DNA of 64,000 nt, from NCBI RefSeq assembly GCF_009914755.1, contig NC_060947.1; one strand, given 5' to 3'. The translations under genes and the position numbers were made by a program. Shown here piece by piece: positions 16,661 through 31,760 of this stretch; position 1 is the first letter of the stretch, and each line of letters starts with the position of its first letter. Source of the stretch: the human T2T-CHM13v2.0 reference genome, Homo sapiens. The notes beneath the pieces are model-generated. The model was not told where the DNA came from, ran no database searches, and saw nothing but the letters and a program-made list of their open reading frames with translations.

Positions 16661-17911
16661 TATTTTGCTAGTATATCTCTAAGTATAAATTAAGAATAAT
16701 AATACAGCATATTGTATTATAAAGTAAAACAAGAAAAGAAAAATATCTAGTCAAACAAAGAAACCAAAAAAAATGTTTAATAAAATGAATGCATAAAATT
16801 ATCAGAAAGCTCACCTCACATTTAGGCCCTTTTATCTACCACAATTAAGTTCAAAAGCAACTTACTTATTAGCAAGATTTATAAAACAAAATCTACACAA
16901 ATGCATGAACTTGTCTTTATATGTCTTAGTATTTTGCAAAGTGTAATATAGATTCTTGGTAAACATTGAAGATCAGTAATATTACAATAATAAAAACTAA
17001 GGACATATATGAGAAAAAAATTCTGCCAGCAAATGAAGACATTTTCAAGGTAAGTTATGAATAAAACTAGCAAACACTTCAATTTCTTTTTGAATTAAGT
17101 ACTTAGACAGGAAAACGAATTTTAAATGTAGGTGACTGCGAATAAATGAAATCTCTTACATAAACAACTATTAGCAAAAAGCTAAAGTCCTTGGAATATC
17201 TGAACTTGCATAACTGAACTATTCCTGTCTGAATACTCATCGGGTGGTGAGAAAATTGATTAACATAGTTATTCGACCATTTATACTAATTTGATAAGGC
17301 TCCAGAAGGGTATAAAATTAAAATGTGGTAGTCTTAAAACAGAATATCACTAAAAATAACGATGGGGGAATTGACAAGTTTCTTTAAGATCCCTCTGCCA
17401 TTCTAATGTCCTCTCCATTCCAGTTTCATAGATTACGGGAGACAAAAAGAGAATTTGCAGGATCATCAGAAAATACTAACCGTGAATTGGAATAAAGAGA
17501 ACAACAAAATACAGAAGTAGGGCTGAAAGACCTTAACTGCGGATATCCATAAGAATCCAAGAGACTACTTACAAAGGCATACCACAATGAGGATTTCTCT
17601 GGACATGTCCACATATAAAGAGGCACTTCCTCAATATGTGGAATTGAGTCCCAAGAGCAACAAACACCTGATTACTTCTTAAGATTCTTGATTAGCAGAT
17701 TCCACATTAGCTTCCCATGTGAACTGTATTGGTACAATAACATATGCCAAACCAAGCTCTAATATATTCCCTCTAGGGTCTTTTCAATTTTTTGATTTTT
17801 TTTTATTTCTCTCTTTCTCCCTGGGGAAACAAATTAGGTTATGAGTGTGTTTCTGAGCTAGATCTTTACAACAAAGACATGGTTATTAACTTTTAATCAA
17901 AACCCCATAAT

Positions 17912-18230
<319 letters not shown>

Positions 18231-18272
18231 CTATAAGGACAATTTAAGTTAGTATATTGATGGAATATAACA

Positions 18273-18851
18273 CAGTCGTGCATTGCTTAACAATGAGGAT
18301 ACGTTCTGAGAAGTATGTCGTTAAGTGATTTCATTATTGTGCAAATATCATAGAGTGTACATACACAAAACTAGATGGTACAACCTACTACACACCTAGG
18401 ATATATGGTATAGCCTATTGCTCCTCGGTGACAAACCTGTACAGCATGTGACTGTACTGAATAACAGAGGCAAATATAACACAGTAGTATTTGTGTGTCC
18501 AAACATATCTAAATACAGAAAAGGTAAAGATATGGTATAAAAGATAAAAACTGGTACACCTGTATAAAGCACTTACCAGGATAGGAGCTTGCAGAACTGG
18601 AAGTTGCTCTGGGTAAGTCAGTGAGTGAGTGGTGAGTGAATGTGAAGGGCTATGACATCACCGTACAGTACTGTAGAATTTATAAACACTGTACACTTAG
18701 GCTACTAAATTTATTTCAAAATTAAGTAATTGTGCTACAGTGTTATGATAGCTACAACATAACTAGGCAGTAGGGCAGTAGAAATTCCCCAGCTCCATTA
18801 TAATCTTAGGGGACTACTGTCCTATAGGTGGCCCACTGACATTCAGGACTG
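18273..18851 (+). mobile_element. Tigger3 (Golem)-type non-autonomous DNA transposon, Tigger3c-like
   Basis: Begins 'cagtcgtgcattgcttaacaatgaggatacgttctgagaa', ends 'gactg' followed by TA. Internal 'ctactacacacctagg' and 'ggaagttgctctgggtaagtcagtgagtgagtggtgagtgaatgtgaag'. Confidence 0.85.
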
Positions 18852-19811
18852 TATTTATAATCAAGATTTTTTTAAAAAATTAACTACATTCAAGGAACAC
18901 ATATTCCCTCTCAACCAAAATCCAACAGAAGTCCCTCTTTAAAAATCTGAATCTATTGTATTTAAGGGGAAAAGTAAGTTCTGCTGCTTGAAGACAAAAG
19001 ACAGTAATTGGAACCATAATTATAAAGCCCAGCCAGCTTTGCACCACAATTAGACCCCTGAATCCCAAGAGATCTAGCTGAAGCACTCCAAATGCTTATC
19101 AAGATACAAATATGTTTGATGGATTTATGTCCTAGTAAATTCTAAATCTAACTAGATTTACCTAGGAATTAGATCTAAAAATAATAAAAAAATAACATTC
19201 CTTAGAGCATTAAGACAGTGTTTCTTTCCTCATGAGTTTTGATAGTTTGGTCAAGTTGGATTCACACTATGATATACCAGGTTTACACCTCAGGAAAGGA
19301 GCAGTTGGTTATTTTCCACAGAGCAGTCACATTAGGCCTCCTGGGAAAATGAAATATTTTACTAATCTTTATAACATAGTACAAGCTGTATTTTAATTTT
19401 AAACTATTCCTTGATGACATTTGGGTAAAAAGACAAAAATAAGATAAAGAGCTTCATAAACTCTAAGATACTATATAGGTGAAAATTGTAGTCACTGTTA
19501 TTGTTTTTGACACGTTTACTGGTCAAAGACCATATCTATGCAATCTTTTTCCCTACCTCACTCCTGAGAACAAAACAGGTTCCATGTAGAATTTTAATAC
19601 TTACACACTGCAGTATGTTTTTATTGGATTGGCTGTGTTTAACTATGTTAACTGCTCTATACCCTGAGGCACAAGCACCTAATTTATTTTAAAAATTACT
19701 TAAGCATAAGTAATAGGTATGTAGTCACAATAATAAAAATCAAATAAGTAAATTTAATAAATTGACATATGCTTTAAATTAAAATATATGGGCATGTTAC
19801 TTATTAAAAAA

Positions 19812-19960
19812 GTAACACAAATGATAAATCCTTGAGGCGATGGATACCCCATTTACCCTGATGTGATTATTACACATTGCCTGCCTATATCAAAATATCT
19901 CATATACTCCATAAATATGTACACCTACTATGTACCCATAAAATTTAAAAATTAAAAAAG
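19812..19960 (+). mobile_element. L1MA 3' end fragment
   Basis: 'gataaatccttgaggcgatggataccccatttaccctgatgtgattattacacattgc...tatgtacccataaaatttaaaaattaaaaaa'. Confidence 0.8.
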
Positions 19961-20796
19961 GAAAGGATTTTATATTTCATGTGATTAATATTTAGATTCT
20001 ATTCTTGAGTCCTGCATAGTGTGACTAAGTTCATCTGTTAATGGCCAACTGTTCTATTACAGAAGATATCCCTGTTAGTGACTAATTATTGCACTGACCA
20101 TGTGTAGTAATTGGTTTAGCATTTCAAACGCTTGGAAAAAAAAGCTTGTTTTTTGTTATAGCACTCTCACAGGACGTAGCATTTCCCTCGTTCAGTCTAA
20201 CTTTCAGGTTATTTCAAATTACAGCTTTATAGAAGTATATACTATGTCTGGCGTCAGAGACGGTCAGCCAATCATTTTGCAGTAATAGTTTCTTGGCATG
20301 TTTTTTGGTCACAAAGGATATTTGTTTCATGTGACTTTAAATGAAATAAAACAATTTCAAGGTCTAGAGTGCAGGTTTCTTTCTATAATACAGCATGAGA
20401 CACTGGTCTGATTCATGCTAAAGGAAGTTGGTAGCTGTACCTACCAGGGACCATAAGAAATATGTGCTGTAGGACAAACTTACCTATATATTAGTGCCAT
20501 GTAGTACTGTACATCTATATCACCATCACCCAGAAAGAACAACTGGAAACTCTGAGGGTGGAAAAGGAAAAAGGGACAGAGAATTGTGTCTTAATATAGA
20601 ACAATAACACAGAAAGTAGTAAGATTATATAGATAGTTGTTTTGGTCACCTTAGGTCACTTACAACGACCTCATATACATGTCTGTAGCTATGTCAGAAG
20701 AAAAATAAGAATTGCACTACAGCCACGAAGAACAAAAAACATAATTTTCCCTATTCACAATGCTTTTGAGTAGTGCTGTATCCCCAGGCTTCCCTG

Positions 20797-20798
20797 TT

Positions 20799-20829
<31 letters not shown>

Positions 20830-20831
20830 TT
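20797..20831. repeat. (TTTA)n microsatellite
   Basis: About 8 perfect TTTA units. Confidence 0.9.
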
Positions 20832-22193
20832 TTTGCAAGGCTGAATAAGTTTTTCCTAACAGCAGCAGGTTTTTTCATGAACCACTAGATGCTAAACTGT
20901 GGGCAGCTTCTTATAACTACCCAGGTCATACAGGGCTAGCTGTGTGCTGGGTCAACAAGCAAGGTTATGTTCAGCTCAGTGAGTAGCTAGATGGTAGTGT
21001 CATAAATCAGGAGTTCTGGGGCTTTCTGCTAGAGTCAATATGACCTCTTGCAACTGAGGTCTATTCCCATTCAGATACAGACTAAACTCTGATAAGTCAC
21101 AGATCCCCAAAATATCATGAGAACTTTACAAACAGTCTCTCATTTCTAACCTCATTTTCTGGTAGAGTTTTCTTTGAACTCTTTTCTCATTACTAAAGTA
21201 AGGACTTTTAAACTGGAAAATAGTCAATACTTTGGATCCTGGGGTGTACTTGGGAGGCTGAGAAAATTCATAATATGTATTTTAAAATTTTTCTGAACCT
21301 TTTCTACCCCAAGATCCTTTACTTAAAAGAAGGTAATCCCTCCAAAAATAAGCTACCTACTCATAGTATCCTTTCAGCTTATTCAAATGGTGTAATTTTG
21401 AAATATTCAACAAATAAATGATGGCTACTATTTTTGAGTATACTATCACAGTTGGCTAGGACTGTGTCATCAACAAATCCCAGCCTCATCTCTTCTTCTA
21501 ATTTTCCAAGTAGTACTTTTCTTTGGAAATTAAGATCAGAGTTAAAAGAGGTCTAGAAAGCAACACAGTTCACCCAACATTTGTATATGAGAGCACCTTA
21601 AAGACATTTTTTGGTGTTTGGAAACTCTAACACTTAGAAAACATTAGTAAGGGAGTGGTGGCATAAATTCATTACAAGCACACTTTACTATGTTTCTACT
21701 GGATATAGTTTTTGAAAAATATAAATATAGTTTTTTTATAAATACAAAACTCACTCTTCACACAGATTAGCAAGTACTATAGCTTTGATTCAGCAAGTTT
21801 TATATTTCAGTAGAGAGAAGCCATCACAGGTAAAGTTTCGTCTGCCTCACAACACTAAGAAATCTTGCAAGATGACACAAAAGTAAAATAGAAACTCTAT
21901 CTTAATGCTTTTTGGCTTGAACGTGTATGCATCTTTCTCTATAAAGAATGTCATCTTACTTATGTGTTGCTCCAAATGTGTCTTTGTAATTTCCTTACAC
22001 ACATGACAGAACTTATCACCATCTGTTGAACCTAGAGGACACATCAAAAACTGAAGAATATGTGAATACACTTATAAAAGTACATCAAAATATACATGTA
22101 TATGGATATTCATTGCAGTATTATTCATAATGGTAAGCCATCTAAATATTTATCAACAGTGGAATCATTAAATAAATTATGATATTTATACTT

Positions 22194-22357
22194 TGTTATG
22201 CTTTGGATCTATGTCTCACCAAATCTCATGTTGAATTGTAGTCCCCAGTATTAGAGGTGGGGCCTGGTGGGAGGTGGCTAGATCATGAGGGTGAACTTCT
22301 CATGAATGGTTTAGGACTACCCTCTTGGTGCTGTTCTTGTGAGATCAGTTTGTAAAG
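22194..22357 (+). mobile_element. Partial MST-type MaLR LTR
   Basis: 'ccaaatctcatgttgaattgtagtccccagtattagaggtggggcctggtgggagg'. Confidence 0.7.
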
Positions 22358-22566
22358 TAAAATGATAAACAGCTATTAAATATATACATATATACAAATA
22401 TATGTATATACTGATATAGAACAATTCTCAAGATAATTTTGATACCTTGTGCAGTGTGAAAATCAGTCTGCAAAATGCTATATTTAGTTTTGCAAAAAGT
22501 TAAAAAATATTATATACACAAAATTTTCTTACCATATGTTTGTATTGCTTTAAAAAATAATTCTAT

Positions 22567-23524
22567 CTGAATAGACTTTTCTCAAAAGAAAACATACAAT
22601 TGGTCAACAAATATATGAAAAAAATGCTCAACATCACTAGTCATCAGGGAAAATGCAAATCAAAACCACAATGAGATATTATCTCATCCCAGTTAGAATG
22701 TCTATATCCAAAAAGATTAAAAAATAACAAATGCTGGGAAGGATGTAGAGGAGGAAACTCATATACTGTTGGTGGGAATGCGAATTAGCACAGGCAACAT
22801 AGAAAAGAGTAGAAAGAGTCCTCAAAAAATTAAAAATAGAACTACCATATGATCCAGCAATCCCATTACTGGATATTTATCCAAAGGCAAAGAAAACAAT
22901 GTATCAAAGAGATACCTATACCCCCATGTTTATTGCAGCATTATTCCCAATAACCAGAATATGGAATCAACCTAAGTGTCTAACAATGGGTGAATGGATA
23001 AAGAAAATTTGGTATATGTACATAATAGAATACTACTCAGCCATAAATAGAATGAAATCCTGTCATTCTTAGCAACCTGTATGAGCCCAGAGGACATTAT
23101 GTTAAGTGAAATAAGTAAGGCACAGAAAGATAAATAGCACATGTTTTCACTCATATGTAGAAGCTAAAAAAGTTGATCTCATAGAGTAGAATTACGGTTG
23201 CTAGAGGCTTGGAAAGAGAGAAGGAGGGAGAAAAGGCAGAGATTGGTTAATGGATACAAAATAAGAAATAAATTCTAGCTTTGGATAACACTGTAGGGTG
23301 GCGAGGTAAACTATAATTTACTGTATTTTTTCAAAACCCTAGAAGAGAGGATTTTGAATGATACATGCTTTAAAAGTGATAAAGGTTTGAGGTAATTGTT
23401 ATTCTAATTACCCTGATTTGATCATTACACATTGTATACGTGTATCAAAATATCACACTGTACCCCATAAATGTGTACAGTTATGAATTACTTATTAATC
23501 ATGTGTCAATTAAAAATAAATAAA
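22567..23524 (+). mobile_element. L1MA (approx. MA5-8) 3' end
   Basis: ORF2 C-terminal remnant (atgcaaatcaaaaccacaatgagat; atgtttattgcagcattattc), L1MA 3' UTR, A-rich tail. Confidence 0.85.
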
Positions 23525-24489
23525 TGACACTATATTAAGATGAGCTATATGGATAATTAAATTATAAAATGTTTTTCTTTGCGATTTTATACGTTAAAAA
23601 TAACATTAATAACCGATATTTTAAAATACATTAACAGTCACTGAGGAGTCCCACTAGGCCAGAAATCCAGTGTACCAGATTATAAGGATTTCCTTTTAGG
23701 AAACTTGAATGTATCTGCAAGTCATAAACAGTTGAATACATTTCCTGGATTTTCTGAACAAGTCCCAGAAAGACTCCTTCAGCAGTCTCTAAAGGCTAGC
23801 TGTTAGTGGGTAGAAAAGATGGTGCAGATCTCATCCTGACTCAGCACATGCTAAGAGCTAAACTGTCTGTCAAAAGGAATTCTTTATAAAATAAAATTTA
23901 AAAGCTGAGACTTAAAGTGTACACTAATGACCTGGTAATTGTCTTAATGACTTTTCAATGAAGTGTGAAATTCTCTGTTAACATGTCAACAGAGTGTGAA
24001 ATATTTTACAAGCATGGCTTTATTATAAAACTGTGTACTTGCTATGTAGTCTACTAGTAATCCTTGTTGCTTATCCAGTAAATATTTCTGGTTATATTCT
24101 GAGCACTTAGCCAATTAACATTTATATTGGCTGGTAATCTTTTTTCCATTTTTTCATTTGACTGTTTGTACTGTTTGTCTATTTGTTAAATCTGGGGACC
24201 AGAGAAGACTCTCCTAGTTTTCTTTGATGACAAATATCTCACTTGGGTGACTCCAAGAGAAAAAAACAGTTTCAGGTACAGAAAAATTAAAATGCTTAAC
24301 CAAGTTATCCAGTAATGATATTGAGATAATAAATCAGACTTCCTGACCTCCATTCTTGCACACATATCATGACTTCATTCTAGATATCATAGGATAAGGC
24401 AAAATTAATAAATAAAACAAAAAATGCATTTTATTTTTATATTATGCAATTAAAACATGAAGAAAATTGAATAAATGATATAAATATTA

Positions 24490-24800
24490 TTTGCTGCCCC
24501 ATTGTCAGGATTTTGCATGATACTTCTTTAGTAAATGGGATTTTAGCAGAAGTGACAACATGCAAGTTGACAGCAGATCTTTTACATGCAATCATATTGT
24601 TTGATTTTCTCTCCCCTGCCCTCCACTATGAGACTAGCATGTCCAAGATAGGAGCTATTTTTCAGCTGGTGTTCTAGAAAGAGAAGACATAAGGAGCATA
24701 GATTCAAACACTCATAGACTTGCAAAAGAGAAATATTTTGTGCTGTAAGACACTGAAATTTGGGGGTGTGGTTAACTCCAGAAAAAGCTAAAAGACATAC
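24490..24800 (+). mobile_element. Old MLT1 (H-K like) LTR remnant
   Basis: 3' motif 'aaatattttgtgctgtaagacactgaaatttgggggtgtggttaact...gctaaaagacatac'. Confidence 0.4.
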
Positions 24801-27800
24801 TTGCTTACTATTGTTTTAGATGGTCAAAGTTTATTTAGTTTTATGCCTATGTTTATTATTCCCTTATAACTGTTTCTTTGATACTTGTCCTTCCTTCTGG
24901 GATCACTTTCCTTCATAAAGAGAAGCCCGTAGAAGTTCCTTTAGTGAAAAAGTTATTAGTAAACTTCAAAGTTTGTTTGTTGGAATATACCTCTATTCTG
25001 CTATAATGTTTTAGAGATTCTTTTGCTTAGGTATAAAATTCTAAGTCAACAGTTACATATTGTCTTGACTCTTGACTCTTTAGATATTATTTCACTGCTT
25101 TCTGGCTTACAGTGCTGCTATCGAGAAGTCATCTGACAATCTTATTGTCCTAATTTTTTTTTTTTTTTGCCTCCCTGGCTTCTTTATTGTTTTCCATAGA
25201 ATCCTAAAATTTTAGTATCAAATGTCAAATTGTGGATTTGTTTGCATTTATCCTTCTTGGAATCCATTAGCCTTTTGAGACATTGAAACTGAAGATTCAC
25301 ATTTCTTATCAATTCTAAAAAATGGTCAATTATTTTTCCAATATTGCCTTTCCCCAACTTCTCTATTATCTTTATCTGCTTCTCAAATTAGATGTGTATT
25401 GAATCTTCTCACTCTAGCATTTATGACCCTTAATCTCTCTTTCATATTTCCATCATTTTTTCTATCTACTGCATTGTCTCATGATTTTCATATCTAATCT
25501 GCAGCTTTTTTATTGTTTCTGTGCCTAATTAGTGATTTAACTAGTTCATTGAATTTCTAATTTCATATGTACATATATACATGGGTATATTTCTGGAGTC
25601 CTATCTGGTTCTTCAAATCTGCATAGTCATTTTTTTAAAGTCACCTACTCCTTTGTTATACGTTTAATACTTCCTTTTATTTCTTCAAAAATAATAAGCA
25701 GATGTATTGTTTATTCTATATATGTTAACTTCAATAGATGCAGTTTTTCTAAATCTGCATGATATGATTTATTTTCATCAAGTTCTTTTTAAATTATTTA
25801 TTTTTTATATTTATAGATTTACGGGGAACAAGTGCAGTTTTGTTACATGGATACATTGCATAGTGGTGAAGTCTGGGCCTTTAATGTACCCATCACTTGA
25901 ATAGTGAATATTGTACCCAATAGATAAATTTTCAACCCTTACACCCCTCCCTCGTTCCCATGTTTTGGAGTCTCTAATGCCCCTTATTTTACTCTGTATT
26001 TTCATGTATACCCATTGTCTATCTTCCATGTATAAGTGAGAGCATGCACATTTTAACCCAAATTATATTTCCAGAAATCAGAAGCTCCAGAGACAAATCT
26101 TGCTCCACTGCTTCCTTTCCTCTCTAAATTTGTATTTTCTCATTTTTTTCTAGCCTTAACTGATTTAGCTTACTTTCTGACCCATTCAACCATGTATTTA
26201 CAATGAATTTTATCTGCCTTCCATAAATTTTAGATGTTCTACACCAGGAGTCTTCCCTGTGTATCTGATATGCCATAGTTAGAGAATCAAAAGACTTAAC
26301 AATAACATTCAATATTAAAAATTTCTATATTCCTGGGTTAAACCTCACTTACTCAGGATATGTTTTTAAATATATTAATGTAGCTAGATTACTAATATTT
26401 TACTAAAAGGTCTGCATCTGTTTTCATAAACTAGATTGGTCTCATTTTGGCTTTTATCTGTAGGTTATAATAGTTTCATAAATGAGTTGTAAAATGTTCC
26501 TTCTTTTTTTTTACATGCTTTAAAACAATGTTCAAAAGATAAGAAATAAATATTCATTAAAACTTTGGTAGGCCTCGAGGGTTTTCTTTGGGGAGTTTCT
26601 GATGACTCATGGATTCACTCAGTTCCTATTTATTCTTGATTTGGTTTCAAAATATTAAATATTCTATACATTTGTACATTTTGTGTATATTTTTAAATAA
26701 ACTGGCAAAAACTTCACATAGTATTATCTTCTTATTTTAAACATCTGTGATTTATTTATACCTATGTTTCTTAATTATTTTTATACTGGTCTTCAGTGAC
26801 TTCTCTTTTTTTCTTCATCAATATTTCAAAATGTCTATTTTATTACTATTTTCAAATATACACCTTTATTTTGTTCATTCTCTTTTTTATTTGTATTAAT
26901 CACATTATAAATTCTTGTTCTTTCTTTTATCACTTTAGTCCTTTTTCTTTGAGTTTATTTTCATATTGTTTTTCTAACTTCTTGAATTGCATGATTAATT
27001 CTCTGTATTAAAACTTACTTTCTGTTGCATACACTTAACATTATCCACTCCCTTTTGAGTACAATTTTAATTTCCACAAAGTTAGATGTGAAGTATTTTT
27101 ATTGTTTTAAAATTACATTTTTCTTATTCCATATATGCTATTTCCTTTGACCCATGAATTATTTAGAAGTGTTTTCTTTTCAAATGAATAACAGTAAGTT
27201 GGTCATATTTTTATTTTTTTATTTCGAATGTAAGTGCATTATGGTCAGAGAATATATTTGTTGTGCGTTGAGACTTGATTTATAGCCTAATATTTGGTCA
27301 ATATTTATAAAAGTTCCATGTGTGTTTGAAAATAATGTATATTTCCTAATTGTGGGATATAGGATTATATGTATATTCATTAAATAAAATTCTTTAAAAT
27401 GTGGTTAAGATTTGGTCGATTCAATGTTTTTAAAATACTTGATCATTCAATTAAGGGAAGAACATTACAATATTTCACGATTGTAATGGATTTGTCAATT
27501 TCTCCTTGTAGCTTTGTCATAATTTTAAAAATATATGAAGCTATATGTTTATTTGCATTTATATATTCCAAAGTTATGGTATCAGCTACATACAAATCCA
27601 GAACTATTATGTCTTTGAGCAGAATGTGACCATTTGTCATTATGTAATAATCTTTTTTATCTCTAATAATTATTCCATATAGTCTATTTTATTTTATACT
27701 AATATAGTTACATCAAATGTATTTTTTAGTGCATGCCTGATACACCTTTCCCATCCATTTGTTTTCAACCTTTCCACATTTTTAAAGTTTAAGTGTATCA

Positions 27801-28700
27801 TTTATAAACAGTATATAACTGGATTTTTTTTTATCTACCTGATGATCTGCCTTATATCTGTATAAATCCATTTATACATATTCATTAATGACATGTTGAT
27901 TTATTTTTCCAATCTGATTTTGTAATTTTTATTTTTCACGCTATCCTTTTTATTGTTGTTTTCCTCCTTTATGCCTTCTATTGAATTGATCAAGCTTTGT
28001 TCAGGCCCTTTTTTCTCCTCTCTTAGTTTACAACCATTTAATAAACTTCTGAATTTTTTGTGATTAACCTTAAATTTTTAACCGTCATATTTTACCTTAA
28101 ATATTTAAAGCTAATGCACACCTTTAAGTTCCTCCAAAATAATAGATACCTTTTAGAACTATTTGATTCTATTAAGTACCCTTCTATCTTTCATCCATTC
28201 TAGTTTTTCTCGCCTTATGGAGCTATTAGGTATGTTATAATTTTCCAATCTGTCTTCCATATCTCTTCAACTTCTTTCATATTTGTCATATTTTCATGTC
28301 TCTGTGATGCACTGTAGGTCATTTTCAATTATCCACCTTCTGAGTAAATAGTTTTCTATTTAGGTTTTTTTCATTTTGCTTGTCCATTGAATCTCATTTT
28401 TTTAACATTCTATGTAGTATTTTATTTCAAATTTGACTATTATTTTTTCATAATGTTTTCTTCTTTCCATGTGGTTTCTATTTTTTTAATTTTTTTATTA
28501 ACCTGCACTTAATTTATGTTTTTTCATATTGACCTATTATCTCATGTTCTGTGCTTATCTTCCTAATTTGTTGTGACTGCTGACTTTAACTGAAGATACA
28601 TTATTGTTTTGTGCATATTGTCATTTTTCATTTCCTTGTTTTGAGCTCATTTTCAGCAGAGATAATTTTTCTATAGAAAATTCATGGGAAATGAGTGTTG
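24800..28700 (-). mobile_element. Highly decayed L1M/L1ME fragments
   Basis: T-rich degenerate antisense ORF1/EN motifs (gagaagtcatctgacaatctt; gcattatggtcagagaata; atggatttgtcaatttctccttgtag). Confidence 0.55.
25787..26057 (-). mobile_element. L1PB4-like 3' end nested in the old L1
   Basis: 'ggggaacaagtgcagttttgttacatggatacattgcatagtggtgaagtctggg...tataagtgagagcatgc'. Confidence 0.75.
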
Positions 28701-31239
28701 CTTCTTCTTCCACACGTCCTTGGGATATGTCTGACCTGAGATTTATCTCCATGTATTTTTTTTTTTAATTTTGGTGACTCTCTAACTTTATGGAAACAGT
28801 ACCTTCACTCTTTAATAGTGTATGTAGTTCATCTTTATAGTTTCAGTTTCTCAATGTTTAGTACATTTTTCCGCCAAGAGTCTAAGGTAAGGCAAATAAT
28901 TTTGTCCTCTCTCAGGAGCATTGGGAAAAACTTTTCTAGTTTCCCTGTCACTTAGAGTACAACTCTTCAAAACTCAGTTTTATTCGGGGGTCTTAGGTCC
29001 AAGCTCTCACCTCATGGAGGATTAAGGCTTAATTTCTGTCTATGCATGATATAAAAACCCAAGCCCCTAATGTTAGCACTTCTAAGTTTGACTAACAACC
29101 CTCTTGTATACTTCCTAAGTCAATGTCTTTCCTCTGCCTTTGAATCTTCTAAGACATAAATACATTTATGTCTAACATTTCCTTTTTTTTTCATATTCAG
29201 GGGCAGAATATGACCCAGTTGTATTTCCCCCTGTTGTTTCTCTGTGCCTTTCAGGAAGACTCAACTTAACCTGCTTCTTAAGTTGGTCCATTTTCTTTTC
29301 TGACATATGTAGAACTGGTATTTTTTATTGAATTTAAGTGTTCTCTTTCCTTTTGTTTTCTATTTGATTTCTGATACAAATATTTGTTTTAATAACATAT
29401 TCATCTAAATTTCATTTTTCACATAGTGAAAGATATGAAATCAACAAAAGTTGGGCCTGTCAAATGTATCTACTCTTCAGACAAATCATGTCCACCTCCA
29501 CCTTCTACACTTAAATAATAGTACTCAAGAGATGTTCTCCCATCAGATCAATGTCTAACCCAGGTCTGAACTTGAACTATCATTATCCTGTTTCAATCCC
29601 CTTTAACATGTCTCATTTTTGATATGCATTTCTTTTGAGTCCTAATTCATTAAATTTCTCAAACTTCTTCTCTTGGAATACATGTTATAACTAAATTTTT
29701 ACCTCAAATAAGTGTACTGCCTTGAAACTCCCCTAATAATTCCTTAATACTATTTTTCACAGATCTTTCTACTTTTGTCTCATCAAAAATGTCCAGATTT
29801 TCTGTAATCACTTGGTATAGCTGCCCTTAACTGTAAATTGCTTTCCCCATTACTCTTCCCACCTTCCACCCAGATTCTTTATCTGCAAGCTTTCAATAAT
29901 CTCCTGGATTCTGGCCCCCTACTGGAGAATCATATACCTGATTGTTGTCTGAGAACATTCATCTTTTCCTCTGCTAGCTTCTACTGGGATCTAGTCACTC
30001 TTTCTGGTCTGGTTAAAACTTGGATACTTTCTACTTAAGAAATTTGCTATGCAGAGAAGTTAGATATGAAGCAATCTTTATTTCCCTCTTATATCGTTCT
30101 ATTCTGGCCATTGAGAATTCAGTTTTCCTTTCACAAAAATAGGGTCTGTTATGCTAAGAGCTTTATCTACCTTCTAAGTAAATCTTTTAATTATTTTTAT
30201 TTTTCTATTGCCCTTATTCTGTTATTAAAATTGAAGCATACTTTTCAAATAACTCTAAATCCTTCTTGATTCCCTAGACAACTCTAATTCCCATAGACAC
30301 AATCCCAGGAATGAGCTTTATTAGTTTCCCTCATATATTTTTATTTTTAATCATTTCATTAACTTGTTTCTCTACCTCAAACTATGAAGGCATGTTTTCT
30401 TTACAATTCATTTGTTGGTTTAGTAATAAAACCTACCGCTTTTCTTCAGGTAAAGTCTCAAGTTGTGTCTGTAATCTAAAGTCATAATTTAAATGTAAGA
30501 AAATAATATATCTAGACTCGATTTAAGACCATTTGATGGGAAGATGGCAATTGAGTTTTAGTGTGGGCCCAATATATGAATTCAAGGTTACCACTATCAC
30601 ACTTTCCTTCTTAACCCCACGTACAGAAAACAATTTGGAGAAGTCAGTGTGGCACTCTAGCCTCCATGAGTTTGGTACTAACACCTTAAAGTTAGAATAA
30701 AACACACTAGTCTTCTGAAATGCACATGCATTTAGTATACTTGCTTGTAAAGAGCTGAGAAACAATGAAATAGAAGTCAATAATCTTTGTCTAAACAGCT
30801 GATATCCAGAAAGACTCTTCTTTGAATTCTTGATTCAGCTATTCTTTCTTACTAAGGCCTCTGCAATACTCATGCATCTGCTGAAGATCACATGAAGCCC
30901 CATACATATGCTTCAGCCAATGTTTGTATACTTCAGAGTCAAATAGGCATAGACTGAAAACCTCCCACCATCACCATTTGACCAAAACCATCTGTAATAT
31001 ACCATATCAGACTAAACCTCCCTGGCCTGCTTCTTGGTTGAGGCTTGTGGCTGGCCTCACATTGCTGCCAACCCCTACATTGCAGAAATGCTCGATTTTC
31101 CTTAAGGTGGAAGAGACTCACTTTTCACTCAAGGCAGCTATTTTAATAAAAAGCATAACTTGCATCTGGATAAAGCTGCCTAAACTGTGGTGACTCATGG
31201 TATTGAACATGCATTTTTGCTTAACAAATTATTATTGGA

Positions 31240-31760
31240 TTATTGTCTTAAATTTGGTACATTTATTACATTACAGTTTCTGCTTAGCAGGAACCTAGGC
31301 ATGGTTTGAATGGGTCATCTGTCTCAGGGTGTCCCACAAAAATGCAATCAAGATGTTGCCTGAAGCTGCGGTCTCGTCTGAAAGTTTAACTGAGGAAGCA
31401 TCCACTTCCATGTTCACTCCTATGGTCATTGGCATCATTCAGTTCTTTGTCAGCTGCTGGAATCAAGGCTTCACTTACTTGCTGACTGTTAGATGAAAGT
31501 TGCCCTCAATTTCTTGCCACGTGGACCTCCCCAACATGGCAGCTTGCTTCATTAAAACATGCAAGACAACAGCCAATAGGGAAAATGCTAGCAAAATGAA
31601 AGTCACATGTTTTTGTAACCTAATCAAGGAAATGACATCCTATCACTTTTTGTATATCTATTTGTTAGAAACAATTGCTAGGTGCAGCTCAAAATCATGG
31701 AATGAGGGAATACACAAGGGTATGAATATTAGAAGGTAGGGATCATTAAAAGGGTGGCCC
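31240..31760 (-). mobile_element. MLT1F-like MaLR LTR
   Basis: 'acagtttctg...gcaatcaagatgttg...ttcttgccacgtggacctccccaacatggcagcttgcttc...tacacaagggtatgaatattagaagg'. Confidence 0.65.

Noticed and set aside
16950-17680. Exon-like signals: AAG/gtaagt donor near 17049 and a purine-rich stretch after ctctccattccag near 17423
   Set aside because: No paired acceptor and donor enclosing an open frame, and no recognisable protein. A non-coding exon cannot be excluded.
29220-29260. Strong-looking splice acceptor tttctctgtgcctttcag
   Set aside because: No matching downstream donor or coding signal. Isolated acceptors are common by chance.
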